Source of the DNA: a virus
Taxonomy: Duplodnaviria > Caudoviricetes
Virus record (IMG/VR): IMGVR_UViG_3300016467_000217
Span: 1-37,144 of that record
Length of the DNA stretch: 37,144 bases
Reading direction: 5' to 3' (one strand)
Part shown: positions 26,967 through 35,735 of the stretch, piece after piece
Layout of the letters: each line of letters begins with the position of its first letter
Numbering within the stretch: the first letter of the stretch is position 1
The notes under the pieces: model-generated
What the model saw: only the letters and a program-made list of their open reading frames with translations
What the model was told of the DNA's origin: nothing
Databases searched by the model: none
Translations under genes and position numbers: made by a program

Positions 26967-27487
26967 TACGTCCTCATCAACTTCACTTGATTGGCACTAG
27001 AAGCAAAATAAATGCTTAAAGTGCTTTCAATCTGCAAATATCGCTTAAATTGCGGGCTGAACTTGTCGTATTCCACTTCAATTGGCCCGACCTTTTCCCG
27101 AATCGTACCTTGAGTCTGATCGGCAAGAAGCGTCTCTGAATTGGCTTTCAGCGCAAACTCTGCACAAGCATTGGCTACCTGAATCGGCACAACATCAAAA
27201 TCAACATACTGCGGAAAAGCATTGACTGAGCAAATATCCCTGACAGGCACATAAATTCTTGGCCAGTCTAGTGCTTGCGTATTAACGTATCTGTAACCGT
27301 CCCAGCGGAGCCGATAGACCGCAACCATGTAGTCAGTAGCGATACGAAGCAATCGCTCCTTCTCAGCCGTTGTAAGCGCCGCCCAATCGGTGTTGCCACG
27401 ATTGCTATGGTAGGTGTCTGCATCCGCTACGCTGATGTAGCTTTCAGCGTTCGATTTGCCTGTACCGTCTTCAACTACGAGTGTCAT
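26966..27487 (-). CDS. Head-tail adaptor (DnaT-like annotated family)
   Basis: LVVEDGTG...AESY.SVA.AD.Y, QALDWPR, EKVGPIEVEY. Confidence 0.85.
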   Translation of the reverse strand: MTLVVEDGTGKSNAESYISVADADTYHSNRGNTDWAALTTAEKERLLRIATDYMVAVYRLRWDGYRYVNTQALDWPRIYVPVRDICSVNAFPQYVDFDVVPIQVANACAEFALKANSETLLADQTQGTIREKVGPIEVEYDKFSPQFKRYLQIESTLSIYFASSANQVKLMRT

Positions 27488-27966
27488 TCTTCACCCCACT
27501 CAAGCAAACCATAAACGCCTGACCCGTCAATCACGGTGTTGTCTGCAAAAATGCAAAGTCCTTCACCGGGAAGCAGGATAAATCCTTCAAGGTGGTCAAA
27601 ATCAATTGTTGACGCTGAACCCGTTGACTTGCTGATAACCGACCGTTCAAGGAAATAGGTTTCCCGAGTTACGCCCGTCATGGTCAATCCTGCATTCTTG
27701 CGAAGGCAAGTCATCAACGAAGGTTCATTATTGTTGTCGTACCGAGTTGGAACGATAACATCAGCGCCTGATGATGATGGAGTGCCTACAATTCTCTGCC
27801 ATCCAAAGATTGAATTTCCGTTACCGCCAGCATCAGCGGAGTCAAGCTGAATATGCATCCGTATGAGCCGCATAGACTTGGTGTCTGTGTTGACCCATGC
27901 CTGATAAACCGTATCCTCAGTAAATACGGTCGGCTTGACTGCGATGCGTGTGCAATAGCGTTTCAT
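27484..27966 (-). CDS. Hypothetical virion-region protein
   Basis: Coupled ORF in the head-tail module; beta-rich. Confidence 0.65.
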   Translation of the reverse strand: MKRYCTRIAVKPTVFTEDTVYQAWVNTDTKSMRLIRMHIQLDSADAGGNGNSIFGWQRIVGTPSSSGADVIVPTRYDNNNEPSLMTCLRKNAGLTMTGVTRETYFLERSVISKSTGSASTIDFDHLEGFILLPGEGLCIFADNTVIDGSGVYGLLEWGEE

Positions 27967-28103
27967 TTTTTCGCCTTTTTCTTGGCTGTCTTAGCCACTG
28001 ACAAGGCAATGGCAACTGCTTGCTTTTGCGGCTTTCCAGATTTCATTTCGGTCTTGATATTCGACGAAATGCTCTTTTGTGAGTAGCCTTTTTTCAATGG
28101 CAT
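27963..28103 (-). CDS. Small basic protein, 46 aa (not in ORF track)
   Basis: MPLKKGYSQKSISSNIKTEMKSGKPQKQAVAIALSVAKTAKKKAKK; QAVAIAL motif common in phage head regions. Confidence 0.8.
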   Translation of the reverse strand: MPLKKGYSQKSISSNIKTEMKSGKPQKQAVAIALSVAKTAKKKAKK

Positions 28104-28169
28104 AGCAATTACCTCAAATTAGGTGGCCCCCAAGAACCGGCACAGGAATCCGGGAGGGAGCCGATTTGT

Positions 28170-28316
28170 TTACACCGGCTCGTAACCGCCAGCCTTGTAG
28201 TTTTCGACCTCTGATGGAGGTACGGCAACTTCGTAAGGAGGTGCATAGATTTCTGGATCTCGTTTGAGAACCACAAAACCTTGAGCCTTTGGTGCTTCCT
28301 GTTTCTTTTCAGCCAT
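28170..28316 (-). CDS. Small protein after the major capsid gene, 48 aa (not in ORF track)
   Basis: GAGG RBS; MAEKKQ...AVPPSEVENYKAGGY. Confidence 0.7.
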   Translation of the reverse strand: MAEKKQEAPKAQGFVVLKRDPEIYAPPYEVAVPPSEVENYKAGGYEPV

Positions 28317-28328
28317 AGTGACCTCGCT

Positions 28329-28352
28329 AAAAGCGGGGCCGAAGCCCCGCCC
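28329..28352 (-). terminator. Rho-independent terminator after the major capsid gene
   Basis: GCGGGGC-TTCG-GCCCCGC-TTTT. Confidence 0.85.
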
Positions 28353-28357
28353 ATTGA

Positions 28358-29500
28358 TTAGCCGAGCAGAAGCGCAACGTGGTTGGGCTTCCAGACCTTC
28401 ACGCCGTAAAGAGCGCGAACTTCGATCATGGTCTTCATGTAGCCTTTGTAGACTGCAATTTCGAATACCAGACCAGAGTAGGGGTCTTGTACGGTCATCA
28501 GGTCAACTGCTGCATCACCACCAGCCGGGAGTGCCGGAGGACGAATACCCAGTTCAACAGCGGTGCGATGGAATGCTACGTTTGCGGTATAGCTGTTGCC
28601 GATGGTGATTGCATCATTGTCAGCTTCAGCATAACGCAGACCCGGAGAACCGATGGTGAATGAACCACCAGACAGGGCTGAGTTTGCAACGTAGATGTCA
28701 GAGGTTCCTGCGAAGGTTACGCAGTCACCAGCCAGCAGAGTGCCAGACCCGGTATCGACATTGATGGTGGTATCGCCAACAGAACCAGCAGCAGAAAGCT
28801 GATAGCTCGTACCCGTTCCCTTGGTGTGACTTGCAACACCAGCAGATTCCTTAATCATCAGACCCTGAAGGTCAAGGAGCGTACCCTGACGGAGAAGGTC
28901 AGTGCCACCACCTTCATTTGCCTTCTGAAGCTGTGCAAGGTTACGCAGCTTGGTTCCAGCGGCTGAATTAAGAACCAGAGTGATCTGGTTATCAGTCGGG
29001 CAACCATTGTCTACAAGGATCTGACGAACTTCAGCAACCGTGTTGAAGTTGGATGCAAAAGGAGTCGTACCAGCAGAGCCAACAGCGCGTGAAGCGCCCT
29101 TGTATGCAGCAGTAGCCATCGTAGATTCGATGCTGTTGCAGATGGCCCGCATAGCCTGTTTGATCTGGTCGCCGTAGATGGTTTCAAAGCCTGAACCATT
29201 GTTGACGTGCTTGATGTCTTCACCAGTCCAAGGAATCTGGACAGATGCGTAGTTGTCAAGCGTCATGGTCTTGTTGTCAACCGTCTGATCGGTTCCTTCA
29301 GGAATCGTCATAGACGGAGCAAACGAAGTGTTTACGCTAGGGGTGCGGGTAAATGCAGCGCGGATCGTATCGCCTTTAGCAGCACGAACGGTTGCATCGC
29401 CGTTGATGGTAGATGAAGGAATGAAGCCGACAAGTTCGCGGCCTACAACGTCAGCCGCCTTGTAAATGTCGGCTGCGAGTGCGGTTAAGGTGTTACTCAT
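28358..29500 (-). CDS. Major capsid protein (P22 coat-like, HK97 fold)
   Basis: V.RELVGFIP, N.AFHR.A..L..R.P, DP.SGL.F...Y.GY, ..GVK..KP. Confidence 0.9.
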   Translation of the reverse strand: MSNTLTALAADIYKAADVVGRELVGFIPSSTINGDATVRAAKGDTIRAAFTRTPSVNTSFAPSMTIPEGTDQTVDNKTMTLDNYASVQIPWTGEDIKHVNNGSGFETIYGDQIKQAMRAICNSIESTMATAAYKGASRAVGSAGTTPFASNFNTVAEVRQILVDNGCPTDNQITLVLNSAAGTKLRNLAQLQKANEGGGTDLLRQGTLLDLQGLMIKESAGVASHTKGTGTSYQLSAAGSVGDTTINVDTGSGTLLAGDCVTFAGTSDIYVANSALSGGSFTIGSPGLRYAEADNDAITIGNSYTANVAFHRTAVELGIRPPALPAGGDAAVDLMTVQDPYSGLVFEIAVYKGYMKTMIEVRALYGVKVWKPNHVALLLG

Positions 29501-29510
29501 AAAAATACCT

Positions 29511-30224
29511 CTATTGAGCAGTTAATTTTCTAGCGGCTAATGTAGCCATCCGAGAAGCAATTCGCTTTTTGACCCATTCAGGATCTTGCTTCTTGCCTTT
29601 GTGAGCCTCCGACATCAGCTTGCGCGTTTCATCGGATAGCACATTACCTAAAGCGCGACTGTTACCAATGAGGCTAGCGGAAACTTTCCGCTTTGTCTCA
29701 TCGGAATAAGTCTTGCCTAGATTTGCTTGGCGCATTTTTTCAATCTGCGCCTGTGATTTTGGTTTTCCTGTGTGTGCAGCAGACAATTTGGCGCGTGTTT
29801 CGGCAGACTTTATTCGCCCGGTAGACGCAAGACCTATAGCTTTACGATGTTCGGCTGATAGCTGAACACCCTTTTTTGCTGTGGAAATTTTGGCCTTTGT
29901 TTCTTTGCTGCGCCTTATTCCCAAACTTGAACCCGCGTTTGGAGCCGAGTTGTAGCCTTGACGATATGCGTTTGCATGATCCATAACTAACTGCTCATAC
30001 ATGAGCAAATTTTCTGGATCGCAAATAATGACTGGATCAAAAGAAAATGCGTCTGCGCCGTATTTATTCCATGCGCGTTGCAATTTGATGGCGTGGTGTG
30101 CGCCTTTGACTAGTGCGTTTTTGTGTTTTCTGAATCGCGCATGAAAAGACTTGGCAGAGCCAATATATGTCTTTCCGTTGATGTTATTGCGGATCTGATA
30201 GATGCCGCCTTGCGCCGTAATCAT
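29511..30224 (-). CDS. Free-standing GIY-YIG homing endonuclease with NUMOD3 repeats
   Basis: GIYQIRN...YIGSA...R...H; about six (S.ET+.K.S....G) repeats. Confidence 0.92.
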   Translation of the reverse strand: MITAQGGIYQIRNNINGKTYIGSAKSFHARFRKHKNALVKGAHHAIKLQRAWNKYGADAFSFDPVIICDPENLLMYEQLVMDHANAYRQGYNSAPNAGSSLGIRRSKETKAKISTAKKGVQLSAEHRKAIGLASTGRIKSAETRAKLSAAHTGKPKSQAQIEKMRQANLGKTYSDETKRKVSASLIGNSRALGNVLSDETRKLMSEAHKGKKQDPEWVKKRIASRMATLAARKLTAQ

Positions 30225-30255
30225 ATAGCCACCTAGTTTGGTGGCTATTATGCCA
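30225..30255 (-). promoter_or_regulatory. RBS-sequestering hairpin with overlapping extended -10-like element
   Basis: ATAGCCACC-6 nt-GGTGGCTAT ends at the ATG; TGGCATAAT at 30255-30247. Confidence 0.6.
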
Positions 30256-30259
30256 CCGT

Positions 30260-30883
30260 TTAACCTTCCACCTTCCCGCCAGCTTTAGCAAATTCAGACC
30301 GCTCAAAGTGTGATGCAGCATCAAACCTTTCGCGGGTCCAAACCTTGGCGTTGGAACCGTTTCCGGCTCCTCCACTTGCACCACCACCACCGTTACCGGG
30401 GGCAGCAATGTAGTGCTTGCCTTCATCACTGGTTGCCCAAGATGAGACAAACTCGCTCAGTTCCTTGTCTCCGATGACTGCTTTTCGAGCATCACCATCG
30501 ACAATGATCTTTGCCTGAGTACCAAACATGGCCTTAACTGCGGGGAGGAACTGATTAGCAACCCCAACCTTGACCAATGCGTCTGTCAACCCGTTATCGA
30601 GAAGAAGTTTCTGAGTAAAGCCAGATTCAGATGCCAAGGCATCCTGCGCTTGCTTCAGCAACTTTGCCTGTTCCTTGCTGGATTTGTTGGCATTTCCAAG
30701 ATCCACCTCTAGGGCATCAATCTTGGATTGCAAACGGTCCAGTTCGGCAGGGTCAATTGCTCTACCCTTTCGCGCTTCTTTAAGTTCAGTCAGAAGTTCC
30801 TGATTCTTCTTAGCTAAACCGCCAGTCGCAGCTTCTACGGCCTCGTCAATTTTGGCCTTCAATTCTTCTTCAGTGATGTCCAT
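30260..30883 (-). CDS. Capsid scaffolding protein
   Basis: Coiled coil GL..KN.ELL.E.K, GGGA.G tail; upstream of the capsid gene. Confidence 0.85.
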   Translation of the reverse strand: MDITEEELKAKIDEAVEAATGGLAKKNQELLTELKEARKGRAIDPAELDRLQSKIDALEVDLGNANKSSKEQAKLLKQAQDALASESGFTQKLLLDNGLTDALVKVGVANQFLPAVKAMFGTQAKIIVDGDARKAVIGDKELSEFVSSWATSDEGKHYIAAPGNGGGGASGGAGNGSNAKVWTRERFDAASHFERSEFAKAGGKVEG

Positions 30884-30973
30884 CTATACCTCTGGCGTTG
30901 ATGGTTGTCCCTCTGGGACGGGGTTGAGTTACTCAGTAACCTATGGATATGCAAACAGATTTATAAAAAACTG

Positions 30974-32023
30974 TCAAATTCCTGCCTTTCTAAATGCCGT
31001 TGCATCCTTTGATCTTAATTGCTTCAACGTGTATTCCTTACCAGACTGATCTACAAATCGATCTAATTCCATTCCTTCCCTGAATAGTTTTGCCCTTGTT
31101 GGCCCTAATACTTCATCCTGAAATGCTGCTGGTTTTTTCTTCAGCCAAGACTGATATGTTTCTGCTTCAGGGACTTGTCCATCCATCGAAGCTCTGGTTC
31201 CTGCTGGGGCTTCGTCGAGATTAATCCCAAGCTCTTTATACGACTTGAGAACAGGAGCCGTGGAACTTCTGCACCGAAAATGCGCTGGTGGTCTAGGCCC
31301 AGAGTCAACAGGGTATATAGTTCCATCCCGTGACTGGCATATCGGAGTTGTCCTTGCATCCAAAGTGCTAATCCACTGAACACCTTTGATAAGGTCATCG
31401 TTTGCCCCGTAAAAAGTCTGTCTTGCCTCATTTGCCGTGTGTGCTACGGCTGTCGATACCAGTGCTTGCGCTTGCCTTTTGTTCAAGGCTGTTACGCCAT
31501 CTGTGTAGTTCAGTGCTTTGGTCCCAATCACTCGCTTTGTGATCTGGCCATAGGATTCACCTTCGACGATACCCATTCGGACTGCATCGCGAATTCTGGT
31601 GTAGCTGTCCTCGTCTAGCTTTTCGATCCATTCTTTCAGCAATTTTCCTTCAAATGGTTTCGATTCAACGGCAGCAATCAGAGTTTCTGCTGATGGACTA
31701 ACCATGTTGAGTTCAACAGGGGTTGATTCCCTGATGACTTGCTCTTGATGATTGGCTTCGTATTCAGCCAAGTCTGTGAGTTCTGAAGCGAGATCGCGGG
31801 ATGCTTCTTCCCATGACGCGCCGATGATATTTCGAATGCTTTCAAGCCTTGCATCAATTTCGGCAATGCTCATGCCTGATTCAAGATCAGATAGCTGGGC
31901 TGTCAGGTCTTTGTCGGCCTTGCCTAAGACCTTCAGAATTCGGGATACCACACCAGATTCATACCGTAACAGGTAGATCTGGTGCGCTATTGCTCTGTCT
32001 CTGATTTCGTCGTTTGAGGTCAT
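30974..32023 (-). CDS. Head morphogenesis protein (SPP1 gp7 / Mu gpF family)
   Basis: W.STLD.RTT.IC..RDG...PPAH.RCRS. Confidence 0.92.
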   Translation of the reverse strand: MTSNDEIRDRAIAHQIYLLRYESGVVSRILKVLGKADKDLTAQLSDLESGMSIAEIDARLESIRNIIGASWEEASRDLASELTDLAEYEANHQEQVIRESTPVELNMVSPSAETLIAAVESKPFEGKLLKEWIEKLDEDSYTRIRDAVRMGIVEGESYGQITKRVIGTKALNYTDGVTALNKRQAQALVSTAVAHTANEARQTFYGANDDLIKGVQWISTLDARTTPICQSRDGTIYPVDSGPRPPAHFRCRSSTAPVLKSYKELGINLDEAPAGTRASMDGQVPEAETYQSWLKKKPAAFQDEVLGPTRAKLFREGMELDRFVDQSGKEYTLKQLRSKDATAFRKAGI

Positions 32024-33408
32024 GCGCTAGTCGGCATACCGGGAGGAGTCATGTCGATGCGTTCCTTTTCATCCATAAATGAAACACCCGGAGCAATCAA
32101 ATCACCGCGCACAAGATTATCGAACAAAGTTTCATGGCTGATGGCTCCTGCTTGCCATGATTTAACCAGTTCAGCTACGTCCTGATAGGTCATGCTGTTT
32201 GGCAGATAGTCACGATTGATCTCTATCTTTACTTCACCAGCAATTCCAGACCAATTAGCCATCCATTCAAGGCAATGAGTTAGACCAATGCTGATAGCTT
32301 GCGCCATTGATGCTAGGACTGAATTTTCACCAGCACGATGTATTGCTGCGGTCTGCGCTGTTTCTTGGATACGCTTTTCAGGTGCAAGGATTCTGGCTCC
32401 AAGCGTAGCCATCATTGATTCCTTGGACCTCAACGCTTCTCTGAGTTCTGATAGCCCTTGTCCTGAAAATTCCAGATAGAAGGCTTTGGCTGCTGGGTCA
32501 GGCAAAATCCAAGCTGTTCCTGATCCAATCCGAAAAGAAGTGGTCTCATCTGGATAGAATCCTGTGACAACAGGAGTCGGAAGCCCTGTAAAGTGGAGTC
32601 CGTGTTCGTAATCGGCTGTAGTTCGATAGTGGGACAGGTTGACATCAACAAGATCAAGGAGAGGAGGCTTGTCCACACATGGCGTATTGTCCCTGACACC
32701 AAAGAATTCGAAGGGGATTCTGGCAATCGATTTGCCTTGACTTTGCGGGAAGTATTCAGATTCGACATACCAATCACCCTTGTCATTCTTCCTGAAGACT
32801 CTTTGACGATAGATTCCTTCAATCAGGTCAAGTACGCGATACTGGGTTTTGCATTCTGATTCGAATTCGTCTTCCTGTATTTCGTATTCTTCCTCAAGAA
32901 CAACCATCACAAGCGTTTCCGATCCTGCAATGCGCTGGGTCTTCCAGTTGATGATGGATTCAGCATCGTAGAGGCGCATATAAGGACGCATACCGAGCGC
33001 CTGTGCTTGCGCTAGGGTTATGGCATCAGCCATTGGAGGATGGTCTACAAGGACACCACATCGACCGATCTTGACCACTTCCTCTGCAATCATTTCTGCA
33101 AACTGGTGCATAGATACGCCAGTCATTGAAATGTCTGCAATGAATGCTTCAAGCCCAGCGGGTGACTCAATCACAGGTGGCTTTAGAAACATCAGGCCGG
33201 TAAGCCCGTCAATGGTGCGCTGAGTAGCGTTATAGAACAATGCTCTGTTCTTGTAGGCTTTGTATTCTTCGTCGGTCTGCCCTGACAGCCGAGGCAAATA
33301 CTTGATGCCGTATTCGTGAATCTCATCCTGACCTTCGGCAGCGTGTTCGCACCGTTCCCATTGGTCATAGTGTTCTGAGTATTCTTCGTGCTGTGTGTCT
33401 ACGGCCAT
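32020..33408 (-). CDS. Portal protein (DUF4055-type)
   Basis: YLP...Y..Y..RA.FYN.T.RT, KPPLLDL...N..HYR..AD. Confidence 0.92.
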   Translation of the reverse strand: MAVDTQHEEYSEHYDQWERCEHAAEGQDEIHEYGIKYLPRLSGQTDEEYKAYKNRALFYNATQRTIDGLTGLMFLKPPVIESPAGLEAFIADISMTGVSMHQFAEMIAEEVVKIGRCGVLVDHPPMADAITLAQAQALGMRPYMRLYDAESIINWKTQRIAGSETLVMVVLEEEYEIQEDEFESECKTQYRVLDLIEGIYRQRVFRKNDKGDWYVESEYFPQSQGKSIARIPFEFFGVRDNTPCVDKPPLLDLVDVNLSHYRTTADYEHGLHFTGLPTPVVTGFYPDETTSFRIGSGTAWILPDPAAKAFYLEFSGQGLSELREALRSKESMMATLGARILAPEKRIQETAQTAAIHRAGENSVLASMAQAISIGLTHCLEWMANWSGIAGEVKIEINRDYLPNSMTYQDVAELVKSWQAGAISHETLFDNLVRGDLIAPGVSFMDEKERIDMTPPGMPTSA

Positions 33409-33409
33409 G

Positions 33410-34663
33410 TTAGATACCTATCACTCGCGCAAATTGCGGTCTACTTGTCTGAATAGGATAGCGGTATACCACGAAATAGCCTGCGCCGTCATTGATATGG
33501 TCAAATCCGCTTGCCTTATCTGGCTCGCCGTTTTTGTTGTATGCCTGTTTTTCTAAAGCTTCAGCCAGTGACGGGCATCGATCCACATTGACCTTGTAAC
33601 GCCGCTCTTCAAGCATTTTGTTCATGGATAACACGCGATCCTTAACTGCTGGGTTTCGTCCATCAACACAAACCTGGAAACCGGCAGCGCGTAGTAGCGC
33701 ATGATCCGACACTGAGGCGTTGTTGGTCTTGCGTGATGATCCGCTAGCATCCGGGTAGATCATAACGTGATGGCCTTCGTATCTCTCCTTGATGATGCGG
33801 ATCATGTCCGGCGTATCAAATCCCTTCACAATCTCATCAACCGCGTGCGGTTCATCATTTCTGATGACGTGGATAGCCGCTGCCATGTTGGTCACGTTAA
33901 AGTCCATCCCGATATGCAAAGGCTCTTTTAGTTTTGGTGTTGCATCTGATGCATTAAGCCGTCGGTCAAATGACGGATAGACCGATCCTGTATTGAGATT
34001 GACAAACTCACCGTCCAAATAAGCCGCAAGCTGTGCACTTGAATAACTGGCTTTGAGTTGCTCAATGTAACCGGCTGGAAGATATGGATTGCTTGATGTT
34101 GGCGCTCTGATTAGCTCATAGCCTGGGCGAAGTTGCTTGCCAAATGTTTCATACATCCAAGAAAAGCCTTCAGGCGTTGAGACGGCTCCAAGCGTATTGG
34201 GTGCGCCGTCAGGCTTTTTCTGTCGGCATCTGCCAAGCATTTTTATCCAGACATCAGCGGCCTGATCTTGTCTGAGCGTGTCCGCTTCGTCGATGATTCC
34301 GTCCGCTATCTCAAAACCAACTAGTCGCGATGGATTGTCGGCTGATCGAAAAATGATCTGGCTTTCATTCTCAAGCGTCATGATTGAATCTGATTTGTTG
34401 AGCTTGTATCCGACTCCCCAGTTCGTCAGAAGCTCCTCAAATCGCGGCCATGCAATCAATCGGACAAGATCAAATGTTGGCTCGACAAAGCCAAAGTCCA
34501 TCTTGCGATATTTAAGCGCAAGAACGGCTAACCTTGTGACGGCTGCCTGTGACTTTCCTGCGCCATAACCCGCCACCATTCCAGGATGAACGGCATCAGA
34601 AAAGACAAAGTCCTCTTGTGGCTTAGTGAGGACTAGTTTTATCCGATTGATATTCGACTTCAA
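33410..34663 (-). CDS. terL: Terminase large subunit
   Basis: AGYGAGKS Walker A, IIDEAD, STPEGF, GMDFN, YPDASG, DH..D; exact start uncertain. Confidence 0.95.
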   Translation of the reverse strand: MKSNINRIKLVLTKPQEDFVFSDAVHPGMVAGYGAGKSQAAVTRLAVLALKYRKMDFGFVEPTFDLVRLIAWPRFEELLTNWGVGYKLNKSDSIMTLENESQIIFRSADNPSRLVGFEIADGIIDEADTLRQDQAADVWIKMLGRCRQKKPDGAPNTLGAVSTPEGFSWMYETFGKQLRPGYELIRAPTSSNPYLPAGYIEQLKASYSSAQLAAYLDGEFVNLNTGSVYPSFDRRLNASDATPKLKEPLHIGMDFNVTNMAAAIHVIRNDEPHAVDEIVKGFDTPDMIRIIKERYEGHHVMIYPDASGSSRKTNNASVSDHALLRAAGFQVCVDGRNPAVKDRVLSMNKMLEERRYKVNVDRCPSLAEALEKQAYNKNGEPDKASGFDHINDGAGYFVVYRYPIQTSRPQFARVIGI

Positions 34664-34979
34664 TGGGTGGCCTTTCGATGGCGAAATGATAACCGGCAGT
34701 CACGGCCACTTCGCCGGTTTGCTCGACGCGAGAAAGTTTTGGCGCGGCGTATTCGGCTAATTTTGCAAGGATGTCGAGCGCCTTATAGGGATCGGTCTCT
34801 GCAACCTTGTTAAGCCAAATTGACACGTTATCGGCATTATCCTGAAGCAATTGATTGATGGTCTCTCTAAATTCGCGTGTTGCATGATTAAGAGCGCCTT
34901 TGGGCCTTCCTTTGCCCATGTTGCTTAGATTGCCTGTATCCCTCTGTATTTTAGAGCCTTGATTTTCTGTTGACTTCAT
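34623..34979 (-). CDS. terS: Terminase small subunit
   Basis: GRPKG..N..T, P..A......EY..PKL.R.E; directly upstream of terL; GAGG RBS. Confidence 0.75.
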   Translation of the reverse strand: MKSTENQGSKIQRDTGNLSNMGKGRPKGALNHATREFRETINQLLQDNADNVSIWLNKVAETDPYKALDILAKLAEYAAPKLSRVEQTGEVAVTAGYHFAIERPPIEVEYQSDKTSPH

Positions 34980-35307
34980 CCCATTCCTCCGGGCTTGCAT
35001 CATCAATAGACTCTTTGACAAATAAGCCGTTAATCATTTTTCCTTTTCGGTCTTTGATTTCCTGCCATGCCGCTTCAATACATTCATCAATGCTCATATT
35101 CCACATATGAGCCTGAATAACAAGCGTGACAAATATATCCCCGATAGCATCCATTGCTGATGTTATTTGAGCGTCATGAATAGCATCAAATAACTCATCA
35201 AGCTCTTCCTGAGTTTTATCTGCCTGCCTTTTTCGAGTCGATCCATGAACAGGATCAAATATCCCTCTGGATTTTGCCCATTCGATAATGTCATTTTCTC
35301 TGTGCAT
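34951..35307 (-). CDS. MazG-like nucleotide pyrophosphohydrolase
   Basis: WA..RGI, K..EE..EL, DAIGD..VTL, C...A..EIKDRKG.M.NG.FVKE. Confidence 0.88.
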   Translation of the reverse strand: MHRENDIIEWAKSRGIFDPVHGSTRKRQADKTQEELDELFDAIHDAQITSAMDAIGDIFVTLVIQAHMWNMSIDECIEAAWQEIKDRKGKMINGLFVKESIDDASPEEWDEVNRKSRL

Positions 35308-35497
35308 TCAATATCTCCATTGCCTGTTGTCTGATGCTGTCGATTGTATCCGCGTCCAGTTCCTTGCGCCAACGATCTAGCCATCCTTTGCGCTGATCGT
35401 TTGATGGCAGCGCAGCCAAAAAACGCGCCCGACAGGTCATGCAGCGCCAGTTGTATTCGTAAATTGAAGGTTTACCTGTTTTTTTTATAGGTTGCAC
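35291..35497 (-). CDS. Hypothetical protein with CxxC
   Basis: Y...C.TCRAR.L...P....R..WL..W; start uncertain. Confidence 0.6.
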   Translation of the reverse strand: MQPIKKTGKPSIYEYNWRCMTCRARFLAALPSNDQRKGWLDRWRKELDADTIDSIRQQAMEILNAQRK

Positions 35498-35735
35498 TGG
35501 CTGTATCCCTTGCGTGGCGTGGCTTTCAGCGATTTCAGTGTAACCAGTGCAAGTGAAACACGTTTTCTACTATGTATTTTTTTACGCGCATATTGCGTGT
35601 GCTGTAGCCCTTTTTTTTATTTATAGTCTTTTATAGATATAGGTTACACTGGTTACACTATAGGTATAAAAATAAGCAAAATCAGCAACTTATGACAGTG
35701 CAACCTAGAAATCAGGTTGCCCTGAGGTTGCCCTG
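35490..35735. repeat. Iteron-like GGTT(G/A)C(A/C)CT repeats around an AT-rich core; putative replication origin
   Basis: Copies at 35490, 35642, 35651, 35715, 35726 (+) and 35536, 35545 (partial), 35696 (-). Confidence 0.65.

Noticed and set aside
29501-30259. Group I intron housing the GIY-YIG ORF
   Set aside because: Only 35 bp and 10 bp flank the ORF and both neighbouring genes are intact, leaving no room for a ribozyme core
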